Below are positions 12,954 through 24,600 of a DNA stretch of 64,000 nt, one piece after another. The notes beneath the pieces were generated by a model. That model did not search any database. It was given only the letters and a program-made list of their open reading frames with translations, and was not told the DNA's origin. Position numbers and translations under genes: made by a program. Positions within the stretch are counted from its first letter, which is position 1. Every line of letters starts with the position of its first letter. The stretch comes from Azolla caroliniana. Lineage: Eukaryota; Plantae; Polypodiophyta. The stretch is taken from assembly GCA_043228905.1 (NCBI GenBank), contig JBHGNT010000006.1, forward strand, positions 14,446,001 to 14,510,000, given 5' to 3'.

Positions 12954-14098
12954 TTTAACTCTTCTTCTAACTAACTAAGGACGTAAAATCTGTTCGCTAG
13001 ATCTGGGCTATTAGTACTATTAGGACTATCAGATATCCCTACTGAAATAGGCTCGGGTTTAGTACAATTAGAACTAACGACTATTTGGTTTACCTGTCTT
13101 CTTGGCCTATGGGGGCAATTTATTGCAATATGTCCTGGTCCACCGCAGTAAAGACATAGTCGATTTGTACGGCGTCGCTGCTTTTCTTCTTCGGATAATG
13201 GCCCTCGACGACGTGTAGTGTCAATCTCCATCAGAGTCGAAGTATTCGCTGGAGGCACATTATATGACTCCCTCGGAAAAGGTCTTGCTACCACTGAGGC
13301 GTAGGTGGGCTCTGATCTTGCCCTCGGCATCTGTAGCTGTTGTTCCGAACGTAGCTCAAAGAGGCGGTTGTCACATCTCACCGCGCGACTGATTGCTTCT
13401 GTTAAGGACTTTGGCTCTTCGGGGAAGGTCAAGAGTAAATCCTTGACATCGTTGCGTAAACCATAACGGAATTGCTCCATCAACGCTTGATCATCCCAAG
13501 GGATATCGGCGGCGAGTAGGCGAAAATCTGCAGTGTATGCGGAGGCTGGACGGTCACCTTGGCGTAATCGCCGAATTTTGTTGATTGCGGTCCTGATGCT
13601 GTCAGTATCTCCGAAACATGCTTTAAACTCACCTAGAAACTCTTCAAAATTGTTGAGTAACGGAGATTCCTTTTCTAATAGTGGAGCGAACCATGCCAAC
13701 GCTGAGCCACTTAACAAAGTGCCTACTAAACCCACTCGTGATGCATCAGTGGGATACCGGGAAGGATGCATTTGAATAACTAATTGTACCTGGTTAAGGA
13801 ACCCTCTAAACTGCGATCGCGTTCCATTGAACTTCGTGGGAAGGCCAATCTTGGGTTCTTTATGAATCCCTTGTGTTCCGGGCCCTTGTTGTTGCATCAC
13901 TACGATGGTTGCTTCGAGTTGTTGCACATGTAACGCAAGTTCCCCATGTTGTTGTTGCGTTTGCTACTTTTCTAAGGAGATTTGCTGAAGATCCCCCAGC
14001 AACCGTTGGTTTTCTTGTTCCAAAGCATGGAACTTCTCTTTCAAGCATTGAAATTCCGAGAAAACAGATTGATATTCTTCAGCGCTAACAGTGGCCAT
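12947..14098 (-). pseudogene. gag: Chromovirus gag (ATG 14098 to TAA 12947; two premature TAG)
   Basis: The frame of ORF 12971-13927 extends upstream to an in-frame ATG at 14098 and downstream through LEEELND to TAA. Confidence 0.8.
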
Positions 14099-14275
14099 TG
14101 GATGAAAGAAAAGAGGAATAAGAGATTAGTAGGAAATGAGAGAGATAGAAGGTAGGGAAAATCGGTTCAAACTGTCAGGAACAGTACTAAGACAGAGAAG
14201 GACTTAGTACTAAAAGAAGTATTAGTACTAAGAGAGGTGAAGAACTCTCGAGAGAAGGAAAGAGTGAGTGAGAGG

Positions 14276-14337
<62 letters not shown>

Positions 14338-14460
14338 GTGATGATAAGAAAAGATATATATTATGTGAAGAAAATGTACAGTAACTAGGAGGCTTAAGAT
14401 TGGCGTTGAACCGATTTGGTTCGAAATAATGCCTTGTGCCTCCTTTTATAGTGTTCTAAG

Positions 14461-14503
14461 GAATACTCCTGAAGTTTCTAGAATGTTCCAGAGAAATCTG
14501 GAA
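14461..14503. promoter_or_regulatory. Heat-shock element array in chromovirus U3
   Basis: GAAtaCTCctGAAgtTTCtaGAAtgTTCcaGAGaaATCtgGAA: alternating nGAAn units, four consecutive perfect ones, ~10 bp from the TATA box. Confidence 0.75.
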
Positions 14504-14557
14504 TATACATCAATTTTCTATAATAAAACATAAATGAAAATAATATTTTACGTATTA

Positions 14558-14628
14558 CAATGTATAATCTAATGGTCAAGAGCTCGACCCATGTAGCAGA
14601 AGGTCATGGGTTCGAGTCTTGCCATATC
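14558..14628 (+). other. tRNA-derived segment (A box and B box), antisense within the start of the LTR
   Basis: TAATCTAATGGTCAAGAGC...AGGTC-ATGGG-TTCGAGT-CTTGC with tRNA spacing; stems degenerate, so not a functional tRNA. Confidence 0.6.
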
Positions 14629-14634
14629 ATGACA

Positions 14635-15400
14635 GCTACATCCAACGCGGCGAGAGAGGCCTTATGGCTCGGTTGGCTAGCTCATATATTTCAACAAGTC
14701 GATTCCGACTCTGCTCCAATTGTCTACAGTGATAGTCAAGGTGTTGTCACTTTATCGAAAAATCCGGTTCAACGCAACTTCTTGAAGCACATTGATGAGA
14801 GATATCACTTTGTTCGGGACTGCGTCATCTTAAGGAAAATTGGCCTCTAGAAGATACCTACAGCCGATAATGTTGCAAATGGGATGACCAAGTTTCTTCC
14901 GACAGATCGATTCTGATATGTTAGGCACCAAATGGGTGTAACAAAGAATTAGTTTGATTGAGTTGGACATTCAAGACGATTTTGGACAAAGAACATCAGC
15001 AACTCGAGGTTCTACTTCGGCCCTTTCGACTCGACCTTCTGTTCTCGGAGTTTGCTTACTCGAACAAAAACTGATTTGTTCGACAACCTTGTATAAATCT
15101 GTATTTCTTGTTTACTTCTTCTATTACAGATTTTCTATTGTCTACGCCCATTATGGGGGAGTGTTGAATACGGGTGTATAATGGACATGTTATGCCTATC
15201 GAGAGTCGTTGCTCACTTTTACATGCATTACGTGAGATGTAATAAATCTTGTCTCATAAGTCATATATTTGACTTCTGAAGACGATATTAGAAGCTATGT
15301 GTGTGTGTTTTTATTATTATGAAAACACACAATTATATTAATAAATGTGTGTGAAAAACACATGGGTGTCACAATGGAGCATGACCATCAATACGCAAGA
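14635..15400 (+). mobile_element. Ty1/copia RNase H end, PPT and start of 3' LTR (from 15162; right end approximate)
   Basis: ATSNAAREALWL..VYSDSQG..KHIDERYHFVRD; ATGGGGGAG|TGTTGAATAC; LTR start resembles the one at 32204. Confidence 0.75.
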
Positions 15401-15826
15401 CAAGCACTCCATTGTGGAAAGAATTTGGCCACACCATGGTTATTGGGATGAGATAGAAAGGAAGTTTTTCATCTTCAATTGAATTAAATGGCTTGATTAA
15501 GATTTATTACAATGCACAATGCCATGCTGGTACCACAAAACAATCAATGATGTATAGGATAGTGAGATCTTGAACAAATTCGAAATTTGGTGTAAGTTAG
15601 TCTAGAATCTAGATCATGTGGGGATCCAAATTTCATAGTTATTTAGTCATGGTGGTGTCTTTTTTCTTTCGTAATTAAAGCTATTATTTATCGAAAAAAG
15701 AGGGAGAACAAGGGACACATTGTCACCTCTCTCTCTCTCTCTCCCTAAAATATGGCATTGGATTAATTATGATGGATTATCATTATTAAGCTACATTATT
15801 TTGAGCAGTGAGTAGTTTTATTTAGC

Positions 15827-16117
15827 AAATTACCCTTAATGTGAAGGAACCAAGGAAGGAAGAATGAAGAAGCAGATGGCCCATTCTTCTTCCTCTTCTT
15901 CTAATGAATGATGCTATATGTATGTACATATTTATAGAAATGTACATTTCTATTGATTTGCAGTCTTTCTGAAATTACCCTTAATGTGAAGGAAGGAAGG
16001 AAGGAAGAATGAAGAAGCAGATGGCCCATTCTTCTTCCTCTTCTTCTAATGAATGATGCTATATGTATGTACATATTTATAGAAATGTACATTTCTATTG
16101 ATTTGCAGTCTTTCTGA
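15827..16117. repeat. Near-perfect tandem duplication, 145-bp unit x2, upstream of GUX
   Basis: AAATTACCCTTAATGTGAAGG...GCAGTCTTTCTG starts at 15827 and 15972. Confidence 0.95.
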
Positions 16118-16324
16118 AAAGAGTATGTCTGTATGTGTCCATTTGGAGGAGGAGGAGGAGGAGGTCGTGGGTTCAAAACCTGGCATGACCATAGCCATAG
16201 CCATAGCCATGGCTGCTCTGCCTGCCTGCCTGCCTAAGTAACAAACTAACAAAGTAGGGTATTATTTATTAAGTAAGCCTAATAACACATCTTATCTCCT
16301 TCGGTTCGAACAAGGATCGATCTC

Positions 16325-19300
16325 ATGGGCGGCGAGCCTCGTCATCGATTACCTACCTCTCTGTAACCTCTCTCTCTCTCTCTCTTCTTTCGTTCTTGTT
16401 TTCCTGCTCCTTCCCCCTTCATTCCTTTCTTTCTTTTGGGGTCATTTGCAGAGATTTTGTAGGCTCTCGGAAGCTTCCCAGCGGCAAAGACACGAAGAAG
16501 AAGAAGCATTTCCTATACCCTGATTTCAAATGCACTTACCTCGCCATGAAGATCTCTCTTCTCTCACTTTTTCTTGTCGCTTTCTTCACACTCATCTTCT
16601 CTCCCACCAATTACTATACACTTCGGATGACCTTCAAATCAAGGTAAAAAGAAAAAAAACACTCTTTTTTTCTCTCTGGTTTGCTTTTTGCTTTTTGCTT
16701 CACCTGTTCTGCAGATCAGTAAAGATCTGTTATGTAATTTTATTAAGATTCCAATTAAAAGATCACAGAGGAAGTACCTATGCTCAAGCAATTGTATTGT
16801 ACTGAATCTGGGATATTCCATCTCTTCTGCCGGATTGGATGACCATTTAATGAAATTAATGCGGTTTTGTGTTTTGATGGATTCTATATGTTGTATTGTA
16901 AGAGAAATTCGTTTCACCTAGATTTGAACCTTAATCGGGTATGTTGCATTGGATTGAAAGAAAACATTGAATCAGTAAATCAATTCGTATCATATGTTTT
17001 ACTGATGTGTACCCTAGCTTTGTGAACAGTTTAGGAAACATGAAGGAAGTGGGAATCTTTCCCTGATGGGAAAAATGCCTTCAATACATTACATTAGTAA
17101 TGTTGCAGGTCTATAAGTGAACATGGGTGAAAGTGGTTTCTTTCCATAGTGGAAAAATTACAAGAAGGTCATAATGATGAAATCCTGAAGGGAACCATGA
17201 AGCCATTCTCCAAAACGCTAAAATGCCTAAAGAAGCTCATAATGTTGAGCATCATAAGGAAACATGGGTGCCATGGGAAAAAAGCTCAATGTGGAAAACT
17301 GTTGGGGAAACTTGAGAGAAAGTGAGATCTTTACCACGTAGGGAAAATTCTAAGAAGCTCATATTGTTTGAATGTTGTAGGAAAATATGAGGGAAATTGG
17401 GCACTTCACCACATAGGAAATGGCTACGAGGCTCATAAATTTGGACACTGCTGTGTGCTCTGCCTTTCTGACAACATTGAACACGGTAGGAAAAAGCGAT
17501 AGCATTTGACATTTTGACACATGATTATGTTGTATTTTAAACATTTTCGGGATTGAATGAACATAGTAATAATGTTCTATGATATGTTGAACATATCATT
17601 ACGGTAGGAAAAAGTGATAGTATTTGACATTTTGATGCATCATTATGTTGTATTTTAAACATTTTCTAGATTGAATGAACATATCAATAATGTTATATGA
17701 TATATTGACCTTATGGTATTTCGCCGAAGCTGCCCAAGTTGATTACGTTGAACATCATAGGGAAAACATGAGGTAAAATGGGATCCATGGTAGTATTTTT
17801 ATTATTAATGCTTCCTTATATACATTTCCCGGATTAAATGAATGTGTTTCTTGTCAAGAGAAATCTGATACAGACTTGAAGAATGCGTTTATAGTATTGC
17901 TCCCATCAATTCAATGATATTATTCTTGTGTTTCTTGTCAAGAGGAATCTGATACAGACTTGAAGAATGCGTTTATAGTACTGCTCCCATCAATTCAAAT
18001 TATTATTTGTAATGACACCCAGCATTCTAACAATAAACTGACTCCCATTATTTTTCAGATTTTCAGAGAGTGCCCAATCTAAAGCAAGGTATAATTCTGC
18101 TCAGATTTCAATAAATTGGCCAGAAATCAAAACCATTCTAGGCACTTTAAAGATTAACAAGGCACAGGATTTGAAGATAGGACTTGTTAACTTTAATATA
18201 CATGAAGAAATCAAAGAATGGGTAGAGTTCACAGGGCAAAAGGATTCCACGGTTTTACCATTCGAACACATATACGATGAGGTGCGGTGGAATGACTTAT
18301 ATCCTGAGTGGATTGATGAGGAAGAGATATATGAGATACCCAAATGCCCTACCTTCCCAATGCCCAATATGAGCTATGGAATGAAGCTAGATGTGGTAGT
18401 GGTGAAGATCCCCTGTTCTTCTCATTTGTTATGGTCTCGTGATGTTGCTCGTCTTCACGTTCAGCTTTCAGCAGCTCATGCTGCAACCGTAAGCCAAGCT
18501 AAATACATCCTTGTTCTTGATTCATGTCGGCCGTTACCCAACCTCTTTGGTTGTGGTGACATTGTTTGGAAGAGGGGGAATGCGTGGCTTTTTAACTCAA
18601 ATTGTGAAAATCTCAGGCAAAAGCTAGCCCTGCCAGTTGGGTCATGTGAACTATCTGTGCCTTACAAAAGAAAAGGTATTATATTTGTATTCATATGAAC
18701 GTGTCAACATGGATTATATATTCATATTTTTTGTGTGTTTGGAAACAAATCGAGATGCATTGATAGCCATATACATTCTTCTAGAACCGACCTAAAGTAT
18801 AGTATATGCATTTTTTCTATGACTTTGGAAAGCAAATGTAATTGTGTCATGAGATTATATACATACATATGCATTTATGCATTTTTTATCTGCATTTATA
18901 TAACTACCTTCTCCATATTTTTTATTATAATTCCTCTCTTTGCAGGATGCGATATCATGATATTTGTAGTCAACACATATGCTTTTACTTGAAGATGTAT
19001 TTTTTTACTGTAATTGTTATTTATGTGAAGATATGCACTCTATTATAAATGATAATTTCTTTCTTTGCAGTGGAATATAGCTCACGGACAAATATAAAAA
19101 AAGAGGCATATGCCACTATTCTTCACTCTGCTCAGTTCTACGTATGTGGAGCCATCACGGTTGCTCAGAGCATCCGACTTACTGGCTCAACCAAAGACTT
19201 AGTCATCCTTGTGGATGAAAATATCCAACCTGATCATCGGAAAGGTCTAGAGGCAGCTGGATGGAAAGTGGTAGTTATAGATAGAATCCGAAACCCTAAG

Positions 19301-20044
19301 GCCGTACACGATGCTTACAACGAGTGGAACTATAGCAAGTTTCGGCTATGGCAGCTAACCATGTATGACAAGATCATTTTCATCGATGCCGACTTGCTAG
19401 TGCTCAGAAACATTGATTTCTTGTTTGAGCTTCCAGAGATTTCCGCAACGGGGAATAATGCCACACTTTTCAATTCAGGGGTGATGATCATTGAGCCATC
19501 AAACTGTACTTTCCAACTTCTCATGGATGAGATCAATAACATTGTGTCTTACAATGGAGGTGATCAAGGCTATTTGAACGAAATTTTCACATGGTGGCAC
19601 AGGATACCCAAGAAAATGAATTATCTAAAGCACTTTTGGTCTAATGATACCAAAGAATACATGGAGAAGACGAGGTTATTTGGTGCGGATCCACCGGAGC
19701 TCTATGTATTGCACTACTTGGGCCTTAAACCATGGATATGTTTTCGTGACTATGATTGCAACTGGAATGTTAAGGATCAGAGGAGGTATGCTAGTGATGT
19801 GGCACATGCTGTATGGTGGAAGGTGCATGATTCTATGTCTCAAGAGTTGCAACAATTTTGCCTTCTTCGGACAAAGCAAAAGGCTGCCCTGGAGTGGGAT
19901 AGAAGGCAAGCATACAATGCATCTTTCTCTGATGAGCACTGGAAGAGGAACATCAGTGACCCTCGGTTGACAACCTGCAATGAAAGCTTTTGCTTTTGGG
20001 AAAGTATGCTTTGGCATTGGGGTGACCCTAAGTATGACGGCTAG
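16325..20044 (+). CDS. GUX: GT8 UDP-glucuronate:xylan alpha-glucuronosyltransferase (GUX/PGSIP family), 4 exons, ~606 aa
   Basis: Exons 16325-16362, 16452-16643, 18059-18675, 19071-20044 join in frame with GT-AG sites; N-terminal EPRHRL and TM helix; LYPEWIDEE, WSRDVARLH, LPVGSCEL, EAYATILHS, YNEWNYSKFRLWQ, FIDAD (DxD), NGGDQGYLNE, HYLGLKPW, CFWESMLWHWG. Confidence 0.93.
17483..17712. repeat. Intronic tandem duplication, 118-bp unit x2
   Basis: ACGGTAGGAAAAAG(C/T)GATAG.. at 17483 and 17601. Confidence 0.85.
17843..18000. repeat. Intronic tandem duplication, 84-bp unit x2
   Basis: TGTGTTTCTTGTCAAGAG..CCCATCAATTCAA at 17843 and 17927. Confidence 0.88.
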
Positions 20045-21610
20045 TTTGAAGATATGCATAAATGATATGGTTAGCGAAAGAGTTGATTGAGTATTAATAT
20101 CAAAGGTTGATTGAAAACTTAAAATGTATGATGTCTCTTGAAAGGGTGATGAAGCATCAATTGTCGCTATTGCGGGTGTGAACCTCTTCTCCTGACGTTG
20201 TATAGTCCTAGGTGTTCCTATCCAGCTTCCAACAGAATGTATATGTGTATGTTGTATCTTCATTGAAAGCTTGAAAATAATGGAAGCCATGCACAAATAA
20301 AGGGTATCCTGTTCTTGTTCCCTTCTAATTCTTTGCTAATGAAAACCAAAATTGATTAAAATCCCATTGATTGTGTGTTGATAGTATTTGAGAAAAACCT
20401 AAGCTTCGAGTGTAAGAGTTTGTGGGGAGATTAATGCCCACAGGGGGACCGACATGTCATGTGTCAACATAACAAGGCTTAGTTTATGCAAGCCAACTAA
20501 AGTCAATACTTGAACCCTAGACCTCTAGGGAAATGAAAGTGGATAAATCACATAGCCCCATATATTGGGACATTGGATTTTGCTAGACTTCCATGTAGAG
20601 TACCTTGGGAGTTGATTAACGTTATTTACGACTGCTTAAGTAGGGAAACGAAAGTCATTGGACTTGTAGGCCGTCATATTGACCTTTGGCTTTGGAAGAC
20701 TTGCATGTAGCACAACTTGGAAGTCATGAAGTCCCAATATGTTACTGACCACCACTTAACTTCCCTTTAGAAGAGTAGCTAGGCAGGCGCCAAGGTGTTG
20801 ATAAACTGAAGGCTTGTAATAAACTGGTATTGTTCATGGATTACTAGAGTATTGCAGTTGGGTTAAAACACTACGGGAGTCTGAAAATGTTGGTGGTTGA
20901 GATACATGATGACCAAATGTGTAGTTACACTACCATTCTTTTGAGTTTCATATCCTAACATATTTATATATGCATATTGGTCTAATACCACATACCAAGC
21001 TTTAAGAACAGGTGGGAGATGTAAACTAATCCCCTCATGTTGATCTTGGATCCATTATATATGTAAACGACAAAAGACTACCACGATGATCAAGTACACT
21101 CACAAATCTAAGTAGGTTGTGCATGATACATGCATGCAAGTGGTAGACCATGTTAAACAAGAGAGAACAATCTCTTGTCATCACCAAACCATGATTAACC
21201 CTTAAAGCTTACATTGCAGTTTTATTATAGGTTGAGCAAGCTTTTTGCAAAGTTAAACATGCAAATTTCAATTACAATTAAGGTCCTTTCTATAAGAGCA
21301 GTTACAAGTGCAGCACGTAGTTGAATTATACCTATAAATACTGTTACATTATGGTACGAGGAAGATACCTCATAATGACATCTTGAACTTTTCCTTATGG
21401 AATGACAGAAAAGCCCAAATCATTAGAGATGGAACATCGGCTAAAACTAGTGACATATTAATGGTCAAACCTCCACTAGCCAGGGGTAAATTATGGTAGC
21501 ATGTCAATATAAGAGCTAAGTTACACTGACTTTACATTTCTTTCCAATAATGCCATGGAAGGAAAAAAAGTATGTGTTATGTTATTAGAGTTAAGTATGT
21601 AGTTTTAGAC

Positions 21611-24600
21611 CTAATCTCCATTAGTCACACCCCCATTTGGCTGCTGTTCCTCATTAACCTCCTTACCAACACCCTCTTGTTTAGCTTCCTTCCCAAGATC
21701 ATCCTCTTGTTTAGCCTCCTTCCCATCATCATCCTCTTGTTTAGCCTCCTTCCCATCATCATCATCTTCTTTAACCTGCTCAGCATCATCCTCTTCTTTA
21801 TACTCCTTCCGAACATCATCCACTTCTTTAACCTCCTTCCCAAAGCCATCCAATTCTTCAACCTCCTTTACAACATCATCCTCTTTAACTTCCTTCCCAA
21901 CATCTTCCCCTTCACCATCTTTCCCAACATCATTCGCAATACAATTTTCTTCATTTCCATCCTCTTCTTCATCCATCTTGCTAATCTCTTCTTGTATGAG
22001 TAGTTTTACATGAGCTTTATCTTGTGAGAGATCCACATCAAACTTGGCCCCTGCAAAATGGGTGTTCATACCTTTTAGCATAGTCAATCAGAAATGAAGG
22101 AAAAAATCTCAATCCTAAAAAAACTCCCACACAAATCTGGAAGGAGAAATTGCAAGAGATATATTTTATTATCATTTTCGGAGGTCAAGTATGTTCTATG
22201 CGATCAAAAATATAACATTTTCACGTAATAAATGTGAAAATGAGTAACAACTCACATGTTGAAGAACTTTACTGATGAATGTAGCAATCTAGAGCGCATA
22301 TTGTGATTGTATGTGTGTGTGTGAGAGAGAGAGAGGCATTTTTGGAGTTTCTGAATAATACTAACAATATTTTTAGAAATTTGTGAAAAAACCAGGGATA
22401 TTTTGGTAGATCTCCCTTCTTTTAACATACCTAGCTGCTTCACCACGTCTGTGAAGGTCACCTACACAATCATCCAAAGAGGAGTAAATTTTATAACAAG
22501 AAAAGATGCATTGATGAATCAAACAAACACCATTTAGGCTTAATGGACATTTTGGATGAGTACCTTACTGAAATCTGCATCTACAAGGAATTCACAAATT
22601 GCTGCACGTAGTTCTTCATCCGATGGTACAGGTGACAATTTTGTTGCTTCATTATCTTTTAATATAAGGAAAAGTATGGTCAAAACTAAGTTCAGCAGTG
22701 CTGCCTATGCTTGCACACAAAGTTTGCATATCGACATGATAGGTTTACACATCAAATGGCTGTAACTTGATATACATGAACCAAAACAGATGTTTACAGA
22801 AAATATTACAAAAATATATACATGATTCCATGACAAATACCAACCTATACATGCTTCCTTTCGTTTTTTGTTTTTTGGAAGACCTTCAGTTGGATGATCT
22901 TCAAACTCCTTTTTGCTCTTCAAAACCGATATGGATAATTTGCCACTGCCTTTCTTATTTTCTTTACGCGAGTGCTTAATGGATGGCTTTATCTCTTTTG
23001 TTCCTTGTTGTTTGGAAACTTTGTTAAAGACTTTAGACTTAACAGCCTTAATTTGTGGTTCATCTTCCAATTCTTCTTCTTTCAGCTCATATACAGATGT
23101 TTGTTTAGCTGATTTCTTTGAGCTTTTACTGAGACTTTTACCTTTCGTTTCCTTGACAGATTCTTTATTTTGCCACCGATTTCTTTTTTCATACTTTTGT
23201 TTAGGTTCCTCTTCCTCTGACTCATAACCAACTCGGTATTTGGCAGGCTTCTTGATTGACTGTCTCCTAACTCTTGATATTTTTTCTTGGCTAGGTACAT
23301 CCCTTTTGGAAGACTTCTTTTCCATAGACAATTCAATTTCTTCACCATGTTCTTCAATATCATCATCGTCATCATTCTCTTCCTCTTCCTCATCATTCTT
23401 TTTCTTGGAAGAGCCAACTTCATACTTTGGCCTCTGGTAAAAAAAAGGAAACCATATTATTCATGTATATACTCGCACCAGCCTGCGTTTAAATTTCTGA
23501 AGAAACCAGGAAAGAAAAAGAAAACAAAATAAATTACTGAGAAACAAAATTTAAAATAACTAAAATCTAAAGACTCAGTGGAATAAAAAATAACGACAGT
23601 ATACTCAGTTTTCCCATTATCAGCTGAAGAAAACAGAGATGCCTAACTAAAAATAAAAAATAATAGAATCTGTTTGCTTTACCCTCATATTATCAAAAAC
23701 ATATTAAACTTACCTTTTGGGGCGTTCCTCCATAGTTCTTTCCCTTCCCTTTTATGGGTGTCCTGGTTCGCTTCTTTTCTTTGGACTTGTACCATAAACA
23801 AATGATTGGAGCATATTCATAATCATTTCAAAATAGTATTGAATCTGCCTATTGTTCGAGATGTATGCATGCATACACAAAGTATACATGATGCATATGC
23901 ACATATCTCAACAACGCAGTAATACATTATCCATATACTGTAAGATGAAAGTACCTGCTCATCTTCTTGAACAAGCCTTTCAGTTGTTATATGAGGAGAT
24001 TCCAAAAACTCGAAAACTCTATGAACTATTTCTTCCTGTCACATAGCAAGCTTACATGTGTGAATAGTTGCATTACACAGTTCATATACTCTTTGAATAT
24101 TGCATTATGCAATTCATATATATGTTAAATCTTGCACTATTTAATTCATATATATGTCATACTTGCATTACGATGATAGGCCTCTCACCTTTTTGGTGCC
24201 AGTTTTATGAATACCCAAGTCCAACAAGTCACTCAGTTGCAAAAGACTTTCCTTCACACACTTATCAAGTTTCTCTTTGATTTTAGCCTTCTCTTTTTCC
24301 TGAATAGCAACAAAAAAGAACAGCAAGCTCTGAAAAAAAACCCAAATATTTTCATACTGGATCTCACTATCTTCAGATAGAAAATGCAGCATTAGCTCCA
24401 TGTGAAGCTTATATTTGTTAACGTGAATTAATTTAATACTCCTGCCAGTGTAATTAGCTTTTATTATTCAAGCTATTGATTAATGGATGTTGTGATAACA
24501 TGAATCTATTTTTTAAGATGGACATAAAATGTTTCTATGTTAACAAAGAGAGTGGACCATCATTTGTTCCTTCAAAGTTAGTTGAATAATCTTAACATAC

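Larger units (their letters stand above)
9446..14634 (-). mobile_element. Ty3/gypsy chromovirus, fungal/Tcn1-like (5' LTR, gag, PR-RT-RH-IN-chromodomain); 3' end interrupted by copia A
   Basis: Gag EPKIGLPTKFNG..GSALAW..CLYCGGPGHIAINC; PR ALLNSGA; RT YLDDLL; RH DASD; IN HHCC/DDE, GPF; chromodomain EYEVAAILD..YLVDWLGY..RTWEP; LTR with TGTCA...TGACA ends. Confidence 0.93.
14173..14634 (-). repeat. Chromovirus 5' LTR (462 bp) containing an (AG)n tract at ~14279-14334
   Basis: TGTCA/TGACA inverted termini; TATAAAA at 14450-14444; host copia RNase H frame resumes at 14635. Confidence 0.8.

Noticed and set aside
14558-14628. Functional tRNA gene
   Set aside because: Acceptor and anticodon stems do not pair properly; treated as tRNA-derived.
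19644-20296. Alternative-frame and antisense ORFs over GUX exon 4
   Set aside because: Shadow ORFs of a conserved coding exon.
20500-20760. Weak ~114-bp duplication between GUX and DEK
   Set aside because: Too degenerate to assign; no termini or coding motifs.
21572-22003. 143-aa hydrophobic membrane-like ORF
   Set aside because: Antisense reading of the DEK acidic repeat exon.
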